Assembly: GCA_000092065.1 (NCBI GenBank)
Contig: CP000590.1
DNA from: Ostreococcus lucimarinus
Lineage: Eukaryota
Direction: 5' to 3' (one strand)
DNA length: 64,000 bases
The first letter of the stretch is position 1. Each line of letters begins with the position of its first letter. A program made the translations under genes and the position numbers. Below, one piece after another: positions 57,501-64,000 of this stretch. The notes beneath the pieces are model-generated. The model saw nothing but the letters and a program-made list of their open reading frames with translations, had not been told where the DNA came from and searched no databases.

Positions 57501-58604
57501 CTACGACCCCTTGTCCACCTCTTCGTCGGCCTCTTCGTCGACGAAGAATGAGGCGAGCGACGCGACGAGAATCACTGCGCCTCCGATTATCGTTGACTTT
57601 GTGAGCGTCTCACCGAGCGCCAACACGGACACCAGAGCGTTGAACGCGGGGGTGCTCGCATAAATGACTTGTGCCTCAGACGCCGACACGCCCGCCTGTC
57701 CTTTCAACTGAATGTAATTCGCCAACGCGCCCGGGATGAAGGCGCTGTACACGACGGCGGCGGCGACGATGGGCGAAGCTAAAAACGCAAACGACGCGTC
57801 TTCGGCGGATCCACCGCCGAAAACAGTGCGTGCATACCACGTACCCATGAACATCAGCATGACCAACGTCTTCGTACCCATCAACTCCGAAGCACTGAAC
57901 TCCTTGGCGTACTTGCCCGCGCGCAGCGTCAGCGCCGCGTAACACGCCGCCGACGCAAACGCCGCGCCGTCACCTTGCACGGCCAACTCCGACGCCGTCG
58001 TACCGTCACCGCTCGAGACTGAATCCAAGCCGATCACGAGTACGCCGACGAATGTCATCAAGCACGCCGCCCACGTCTCTCGACTCACTCTATCGCCCTG
58101 AAGCACGGCGAGCGCCGGAACGAGGACGTTGACCGAGCCCATGATGAAGCCGCTGTGCGTCGACGACGTATGCTCTAATCCCCACGCCTGTAACGACGTT
58201 CCGAGGGCGTTGAACAACCCGAGCTCGACTGCGGCGCTAATCGCGCGATCGGCCTCGACTTTTTCCCCTGGGCGCGCCGATTTCGATCGCTCCATCGTCG
58301 AGAGCAGCGCCGGAACGAACGGCAACTGCGCCAAGCCGATGCGCGCGAGCGAAAGCGCCGCCGAACCAGGCGGTGTCTCCGAAACGAACACGTAGCGCAG
58401 CGCGGGCGCGTACGTGGCCCACAACAATGGCACACAAAATAAAAGCAATCTCGCCGTCGCGGGATCGATCGCACCTTCGTCCTCGCCTTTGCCTCGGTCC
58501 TCGCCGCCTTCGTCGTCCCGCTCCGTCTCCGTCCCCGTCTCCGTCCCCGTCCCCGTCGCTCGAGCTCGCGGTGCGTCGCGTCGACGCCGTCCGCGCGCGG
58601 ACAT
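57501..58604 (-). CDS. Drug/metabolite transporter (DMT/EamA-like) family membrane protein
   Basis: C-terminal 367 aa of ORF 57501..58967; about 10 TM segments, duplicated EamA-like halves (LLLFCVPLLWATYAPALRYV...; FNALVSVLALGETLTKSTIIGGAVILVASLASFF); N-terminal part of listed ORF is low-complexity. Confidence 0.65.
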   Translation of the reverse strand: MSARGRRRRDAPRARATGTGTETGTETERDDEGGEDRGKGEDEGAIDPATARLLLFCVPLLWATYAPALRYVFVSETPPGSAALSLARIGLAQLPFVPALLSTMERSKSARPGEKVEADRAISAAVELGLFNALGTSLQAWGLEHTSSTHSGFIMGSVNVLVPALAVLQGDRVSRETWAACLMTFVGVLVIGLDSVSSGDGTTASELAVQGDGAAFASAACYAALTLRAGKYAKEFSASELMGTKTLVMLMFMGTWYARTVFGGGSAEDASFAFLASPIVAAAVVYSAFIPGALANYIQLKGQAGVSASEAQVIYASTPAFNALVSVLALGETLTKSTIIGGAVILVASLASFFVDEEADEEVDKGS

Positions 58605-58911
58605 CGCGTGATGACGACGATCGCGCTCGCGCTCGTCTCGTCCGCTCGTCGACGGTGTCTCCGACGCCCACGTCTCTCGCGCGTGCGTCGCGACGCGAAC
58701 AGCACCGACACCGCGACGATGTCGATGTCGACGTCGACGTCGATGTCGATGTCGAAGCGCCGTCGTCCCGGTCATCGTCATCGCCGTCCCGGTCGTCGTC
58801 ATCGCGCGCGTCGTCATCGCGCGCGCGACCGCACCGTCGTCGCCGAATGCGGAATGCGTCGCGTCGTGCTGGGCGCGATGGGCGCGCGCGAACCAACCGT
58901 CACACTGCGAC

Positions 58912-60192
58912 ATGGTGGTGCGCGCCATCGCGCCTCGCGTCATCGCGCGCGCGACCGCGGCGCGCACCGCGCGGTGCGCATCGACGACGTCGGCGTCTAC
59001 TTCGGGCGCGCGCGCCGCGATCGACGTCGAAGGCGACGACGACGGGACGACGGAACGTGGCCAGGAGCGCGCGCTTGTGCACTACTGCAAGGGACTACGA
59101 GAAGCGTTGCGCGCGTGCGACGACGACGGAGCGACGATCGCACGCGAGAGGGAGTCGTTAGTTCGCGCGTGCGAGCGACTGAAAGCGACGCTGCCCGTGA
59201 AGTATCGCTCAGGCGCGTTCATGTCTGCTGGCGCGCTTGCGACGGCGTTTGGGTACGAGCTCGAACGCGCGCGGAGCGCGGAGCACCTCGCGGCGATCAC
59301 AAACGTGAAAGTACGCGCCGCCGAAAAAGGTTTAGTGCCGTATCACAGCGCGCGCGAGAGCTATGCGCGAGTGAGAGAGTTATTGGACGGATCCATCGAG
59401 CTTCGACACCTCGATTTCTCCGCCAACCGCATCGAAGACGCAAAAAGTGCGACGCCGTGGACACTGACTCATAACACGCCCGCGCTCGACGCCAAGCTCG
59501 TAGCGGCGGCGATTGAGGTCAGACGTACTGGATACGCTATCGTGGATGGACTCGTCGGCGAGCCGATGGCGAGCGCGATTCGGCACGCGCTCGCGAATTT
59601 CGTCGACGAGGACGAGGACGCGAGGACTTTCAGCAAAGGAGAGCTCGATCAGAGCGAAAGGCGCATCCTAGGCGATGCAACGGTAGATAAAATACGCGAT
59701 GACACCATCGCTTGGCTCAAAGGAGATGAGCGAGATATGGTTGGAGCGTTCGCGCAATTTTTACGCGTGACCGTGTTGCGTCCGCTCTTCAGCGCCTTCG
59801 CGACGACATCGCATGGATTATCGTCGGCGCCACCGCTTGCGCCGGTGGATTCGTACGTGAGTAATGCCATGCTGAGCGTGTACGCCCCTGGTGCGCGTGG
59901 TTTTGTATCACACGTTGACAATTGCGGACCCGATATCGACCCGCGAGCGTTGTCCGTCGTGTACTATCCGATATCGTCGACGCCCGAAGAAGGAGGCGCG
60001 ATGGTCCTGTTCCCAGGTCACGAAACGAAAGAGGTTCGTTTAACGCCGACTCGCGATCGTTTAGTTCTGTTCGCGTCGGCACGCGTGCCACACGCCGTGG
60101 AACCGCGCGCGCGCGACGCTTCGCGTCGCATCGCGGCGAGCTTTTGGTTCGTCGGCCAGCCGCTCGCCGTGATGGCGGCAGCGGAAACGTAG
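58912..60192 (+). CDS. Fe(II)/2-oxoglutarate-dependent oxygenase (prolyl-4-hydroxylase/EGLN-like)
   Basis: C-terminal double-stranded beta-helix with HxD...H triad: FVSHVDN ... GGAMVLFPG ... RLVLFASARVPHAVEP ... RIAASFWF. Confidence 0.6.
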   Translation: MVVRAIAPRVIARATAARTARCASTTSASTSGARAAIDVEGDDDGTTERGQERALVHYCKGLREALRACDDDGATIARERESLVRACERLKATLPVKYRSGAFMSAGALATAFGYELERARSAEHLAAITNVKVRAAEKGLVPYHSARESYARVRELLDGSIELRHLDFSANRIEDAKSATPWTLTHNTPALDAKLVAAAIEVRRTGYAIVDGLVGEPMASAIRHALANFVDEDEDARTFSKGELDQSERRILGDATVDKIRDDTIAWLKGDERDMVGAFAQFLRVTVLRPLFSAFATTSHGLSSAPPLAPVDSYVSNAMLSVYAPGARGFVSHVDNCGPDIDPRALSVVYYPISSTPEEGGAMVLFPGHETKEVRLTPTRDRLVLFASARVPHAVEPRARDASRRIAASFWFVGQPLAVMAAAET

Positions 60193-60315
60193 CAAATCCA
60201 AATCATAGTAGCGCACGCGTTCAAACGCAACGACGACGACGCCGACGATATGCGCTTCTCGCATCATCACTACACGCTAATTCATCCCGCTACGCCGACG
60301 CTTCGTTTCGCGTCG

Positions 60316-60660
60316 CTATTTCCCTCCTCGCAACCCGGCGATGCGCGGCGCCTCGTCGTCCGTTTTTGCCTCGTTCGCCTCCTTCGCCGTCGTCTCGCGC
60401 GCGCGCGCCGCGCTCGAACGCGCGTGCTCGCTTCGAAACCCCAATTGCGTCAAATCCTCTCGCGCCATGAGCTCTCGCGCCATTCTACACTCTAAGTACG
60501 CCTTGGACAGCGTCGCGCACGCCGTCGCGTCGCGCTCGCGTCGCGCCAAACACTCCAAGTATCGCGTCTTGCTCGCGTCGCACTCGTGGAAGTGGTCGAG
60601 CGGGAACACCCCGCGCTCGGGGGCGTAACTCGTCGACGCGCGGTGCGAGGGCGTGGACAT
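60316..60660 (-). CDS. COX19: Cytochrome c oxidase assembly protein COX19 (twin Cx9C, CHCH domain)
   Basis: PERGVFPLDHFHECDASKTRYLECL...TACATLSKAYLECRMARELMA: two CX9C pairs and the COX19 PPxRGSFPLDHxGEC / YLxCRM signature. Confidence 0.8.
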   Translation of the reverse strand: MSTPSHRASTSYAPERGVFPLDHFHECDASKTRYLECLARRERDATACATLSKAYLECRMARELMAREDLTQLGFRSEHARSSAARARETTAKEANEAKTDDEAPRIAGLRGGK

Positions 60661-60793
60661 GGCGTCGCGATATCACGGGCGACGTCGCGCGAACCAAGCC
60701 CATCGCGAACCAGCCCAACCCATCGCGTCGCACGCGCGCGCGCCATTCGACCGCGCGTGCGCGCCGTCGCGCGGCGATAGCGACAACGCTTTC

Positions 60794-62713
60794 ATGCGCG
60801 TCGACGGCGATGACTCGGCCCGCGTCGTCGCGCGTCGTCGTCGTCGTCGCGCGCGCTCGAGCGACAAAATGCGCGCCGACACCGAGGTCGTTGCGTCGTC
60901 GTCGTCGCGCGTCGTCGTGCGCGTCTTCGTGCCGCACGATCATCTGCGACGGACGTGGATGCGACAGTCGCGAACGGGTGATACCGCGGCGCCGGTGCCG
61001 CTGGACGTGTACGGGACGCGACGGGCGAGGGGAGATGGTCGAGGCGCGGATGTCGTGGCGTGGCGGGCGACGGAACGACCGCGTCGGAGACGACGCGATC
61101 GAGGCGCGCATGGAGCGCAGGAAGAAGGCGGGCGTGTGAAAAAGCTCGTTCGTGTCATGGAAATCGTGTTCGGGGACGACGACGACGACGATGACGAAAT
61201 GGGTGACGACGACGACGAGTGCGCGTGCTTCGTGACGATGCGCGTGGGACGCGCGTGGGATGAGGCGCCTCGCGCGTCTGCGCGCGTTCGGCGACCGGAC
61301 GGACGGTGGGTGCGCGCGGATAACGCGGTAGTGATATTGTGTCCAATGCCGGACCCACCGTTGATGGTGATGACATTGGGAGGGGATTATGTCTCCGAGG
61401 ACGGCGCGGCGTGCGCGTTCGAGCTCGCGTTGGCGGATTTGAACGACGCTGGCCGAGCGGCGAACGGATTCGTGGAGCACGACGTTGGGTCCAGCTCGTC
61501 TGCGCCCTCATCATTGTCGATCGTGTCGCGCGCGATCGTCGCCGTGATCGATGCGGCGTTGCGAGGCTTGGATTACAAGTGCATCAAAAGTCTCGGCACC
61601 GAGGCGCGATGGGGCGGCGGCGTGACGACGCGAAGCGTGTGCGAGGTGTCCGCCAGCGCGTGCGTCTTGCGCGCGCGTTTAGTGCTCGCTCGCTCGCTTC
61701 TCGTCCGTGATGGTATGGATTGGCGACGATCTAGTAGACTTGATAAGCGCCGTCTCGTGGCGCGCGCGGTGCAAGTTGCCGTCGACATCTTCGCGGGCGT
61801 TTGCGTCGCACGCGTGCGCGACTCGCGTGATGTGTCGTTCGCGCTCGAGCGTGTCGCCGTCGGTGGCTGGGGCACTCGACCGGGATCGCGAGATCTTCTC
61901 GGCACACGAGTCATAGAGACTAACGCGCGATGGATCTCCCACGGCGATCCGCTCGGCGTCAAGTTGCACGTGCCGTTGGCTCGGGCTCTGGGATCGCTCG
62001 GCGTCGGCTTCGCGAGCACGCTCTCCGGCGCCTATGAATCCAGCAGCGCGGTCAAAGCGTACCTCGGTTTCGTGTCGTTTTCGCTTCGACACGGCGGTAT
62101 ATTCGGAGCTTCCATGGTGTTCGCCATCGCCGCGGACACGATGACGATATTTACCTCGCACATCAGCGCCCTGCACGTGTACAGCTCGCTCTTCATCACC
62201 GCCCAGCTGCGATGCGTGCGATTTCTCTATCGACGCTTCATCAACCCGAAGCTACCACCGAAAGGTTTCAAGGCCCCGCTCGCGGATGCCCGACCGCGCA
62301 CGGTCGAAGAAGTCGTCGTGGGCACACTCACGTTACCACCGCTCTTGCTGCTCTTTCCCACGGTATTCTTCTATTACATGTCGTACTTGGTTCTCCACGC
62401 GGGCACCGTGCTCGTGCGCTTGGTCATGGTATTCGCTGCGTCGACGCTTCTCGCGTTCCCGACCGACGACGTCCTCGTGCGTCTGTGGACCCCCTACGCG
62501 TTTCCGCAGAGCGTTGACTTGCGCACTCGAGCCTTGCACGGCGTCGAATTCGCCACAATCGTCCCCACCTGTCGATCCTTCGGCGACGTCTTGCAACCGT
62601 TCGCTCGCCAAGCGGGCGCTTGGCTTGGCGCGGTGGCCGTCGCCGTCGCTCGAGCGTGCGCGACGTGCGGACGATTTCCCCTGGCACTAGTTCCGTTCTC
62701 TCGAGCGTATTGA
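60794..62713 (+). CDS. PIGQ: GPI-GlcNAc transferase complex subunit PIG-Q/GPI1
   Basis: C-terminal multi-TM region colinear with PIG-Q: RWISHGDPLGVKLHVPLARALG (PAGLKLN.EL), TIFTSHISALHVYSSLFITAQLRCVRFLYRRFINPK ([36 protein letters not shown]), LTLPPLLLLFPTVFFYYMSYLVLHAGTVLVRLV. Listed ORF starts at 60653, overlapping the COX19 start on the other strand; start moved to Met48 (60794), uncertain. Confidence 0.6.
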   Translation: MRVDGDDSARVVARRRRRRARSSDKMRADTEVVASSSSRVVVRVFVPHDHLRRTWMRQSRTGDTAAPVPLDVYGTRRARGDGRGADVVAWRATERPRRRRRDRGAHGAQEEGGRVKKLVRVMEIVFGDDDDDDDEMGDDDDECACFVTMRVGRAWDEAPRASARVRRPDGRWVRADNAVVILCPMPDPPLMVMTLGGDYVSEDGAACAFELALADLNDAGRAANGFVEHDVGSSSSAPSSLSIVSRAIVAVIDAALRGLDYKCIKSLGTEARWGGGVTTRSVCEVSASACVLRARLVLARSLLVRDGMDWRRSSRLDKRRLVARAVQVAVDIFAGVCVARVRDSRDVSFALERVAVGGWGTRPGSRDLLGTRVIETNARWISHGDPLGVKLHVPLARALGSLGVGFASTLSGAYESSSAVKAYLGFVSFSLRHGGIFGASMVFAIAADTMTIFTSHISALHVYSSLFITAQLRCVRFLYRRFINPKLPPKGFKAPLADARPRTVEEVVVGTLTLPPLLLLFPTVFFYYMSYLVLHAGTVLVRLVMVFAASTLLAFPTDDVLVRLWTPYAFPQSVDLRTRALHGVEFATIVPTCRSFGDVLQPFARQAGAWLGAVAVAVARACATCGRFPLALVPFSRAY

Positions 62714-62948
62714 TTTATTAGCCATCGTAGCGCGTTGTAGTCGTAGTCAACGTCAATCGCCGCCGCGTTCGCCGCAAGCCGCGCGAGCGAGCACCCTGTC
62801 CTCAGTGCTCGACGCCCGCGAGTTCGCGCGCGAGGCGAAAAGTCGTTCGTCCGAACGCGCTCGACTTGAACGCGAGTGCGTGCGTGCTCGAGCGCCGTCT
62901 GTGTCGCCCTCCGCGCGCGCGCGCGACGTAACACCCCCGTCGAGCGCG

Positions 62949-64000
62949 ATGGACGGGGCGTTGGGCTTTTTGTCATCCCTGCTCGATCGTGGACTTGGTC
63001 GAGGGCAAGAGACGACGGATCCGATCACCACGCGGCCGGTGAATACGTACGGGAGCGACGGGAGCGACGGGAGCGATGGAGCGAAGACGCGGCGGCGAGC
63101 GCGACCGGCGGCGCCGAAACCGACGCTGAGCGAAGAAGACGAGCGACGGTCGACGTACATTGAGAACGCGAAATACTTGTTGATCACGTGCGTGGTGTGG
63201 GTGCACGCTTTGGATGACTTTTTAGCGACAGCCACGATCGTGAATGCCGAGAGCGCGAGCGTGCGGCGAACTAAACTCGACGTGATGGAGCCGGCGTTGC
63301 CGTGGATTCGAGCGCTCTATCTCACGCTGGCGACGTTTAGCATGCCTCTTTTTACCGCTCTGGCGGGATTCCAGAGCAAGTCGTGGTTGGAAATCGCGAG
63401 AGGATACGACGCCAACGCCTCGGTGATGCTCGCGCGCGTGCAAAAGTCGACGTCCACGCTGATAGGAGGGTGGGTGTTTTGGCAAGCGTTGTACGTCGCG
63501 GTGTCGTATTCAGACGTATCACCGCTGCAATGGTGGTCACCCGTCGGCGTCACGTGGTTCCTGATCGCACTGTGGGTGTGGCGAAACAGCGTATTACTCC
63601 TTGGGGCGCTGAGAGATAGCACAATCTACGCAATCGTGTGCGTATTAGCCATCGCCGTCGGTTTCACTGATACGCCGTCGACGAAGAATGGATTGGCGTT
63701 TTTGGATTGGCAACGCGTGTGCGCATACGCCATATACTTCTACGCTGGGTTAGTTTTAGTAAAGCGTGAGCACGTGGACGAGATTTTGAGGCGATTCATG
63801 CATCTTAGCAGGCCTTGGATGCGCTTCGCCGCGGGATATGGCGTTCTCGGCGTCGTTTTTGGCGCGTTTATGCTGTCGGATGTTCTCGGCGAGCCTTTCG
63901 GCGAAGTGCAAGAGTGGCTGCTCGTCGTCTCTCCTTATGGGGTAACCAAGTGGTACCATCCGATCATCGAGGCCCTTTGGCGCGTCGTGCTTTATCTCGT
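62949..64000 (+). CDS. Putative membrane acyltransferase (acyltransferase-3-like), 3'-partial (runs off window)
   Basis: Hand-translated open frame from ATG ~62949: MDGALGFLSSLLDRGLGRGQETTDP...RSTYIENAKYLLITCVVWVHALDDFL...LPWIRALYLTLATFSMPLFTALAGF... multiple TM helices; ENAKYLLI..VV..H resembles the N-terminal motif of acyltransferase-3/OafA-like proteins. Not in ORF track because no stop inside window. Confidence 0.45.
   Translation, partial: MDGALGFLSSLLDRGLGRGQETTDPITTRPVNTYGSDGSDGSDGAKTRRRARPAAPKPTLSEEDERRSTYIENAKYLLITCVVWVHALDDFLATATIVNAESASVRRTKLDVMEPALPWIRALYLTLATFSMPLFTALAGFQSKSWLEIARGYDANASVMLARVQKSTSTLIGGWVFWQALYVAVSYSDVSPLQWWSPVGVTWFLIALWVWRNSVLLLGALRDSTIYAIVCVLAIAVGFTDTPSTKNGLAFLDWQRVCAYAIYFYAGLVLVKREHVDEILRRFMHLSRPWMRFAAGYGVLGVVFGAFMLSDVLGEPFGEVQEWLLVVSPYGVTKWYHPIIEALWRVVLYL

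Noticed and set aside
58480-58560. (GTCCCC/GTCTCC)n repeat suggesting a satellite between the DMT transporter and the oxygenase gene.
   Set aside because: It lies inside the DMT N-terminal coding region (encoding TGTGTETGTETER) and is short; it is an ordinary low-complexity coding repeat.

Overview
This window looks like high-GC (about 65-70%) eukaryotic nuclear DNA, not a prokaryotic locus. The evidence is an intron-containing tRNA-Gln, spliceosomal introns with GT..AG borders, and eukaryote-only proteins (DDB1, TFIIH p52, PEX7, COX19, PIG-Q/GPI1, a GOS1 SNARE, DYRK, LSm, ATE1). The gene content and the very compact layout point to a picoeukaryotic green alga (Mamiellophyceae/Micromonas-like), but that assignment is an inference. 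The content behind it is plastid-type GapA, SQD1, an HMA2/4-like GICCxSE metal ATPase, a COP1/SPA-type WD40 domain, homomeric ACCase, PsuG and a fasciclin protein. The layout is about one gene per 1.6 kb, head-to-head start codons as little as 14 bp apart, and convergent stop codons 38-83 bp apart.

I count about 38 protein-coding genes plus one tRNA. Several large entries in the ORF track are chimeras of a real gene and an Arg/Ala-rich low-complexity extension, or of intron read-through. Many long antisense ORFs appear to be GC-codon-periodicity artefacts. I found no CRISPR array, rRNA, transposase, integrase or prokaryotic defence system.

The most interesting items are:
- A 1066-aa protein that fuses an N-terminal response-regulator receiver domain to a degenerate kinase-like region, a coiled coil and a COP1/SPA-type WD40 propeller.
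- Four introns I resolved by hand (GOS1, DDB1, two in ACCase) that share a GTGCG(C/T)G donor, and a candidate ATG-only first exon for GapA.
- A tRNA-Gln(UUG) with a roughly 75-nt intron that sits inside the spurious N-terminal extension of a deadenylase ORF.
- Tandem-repeat and palindrome arrays in bidirectional promoters.

Coordinates that I read by hand from the sequence, rather than taking from the ORF track, may be off by 1 nt.
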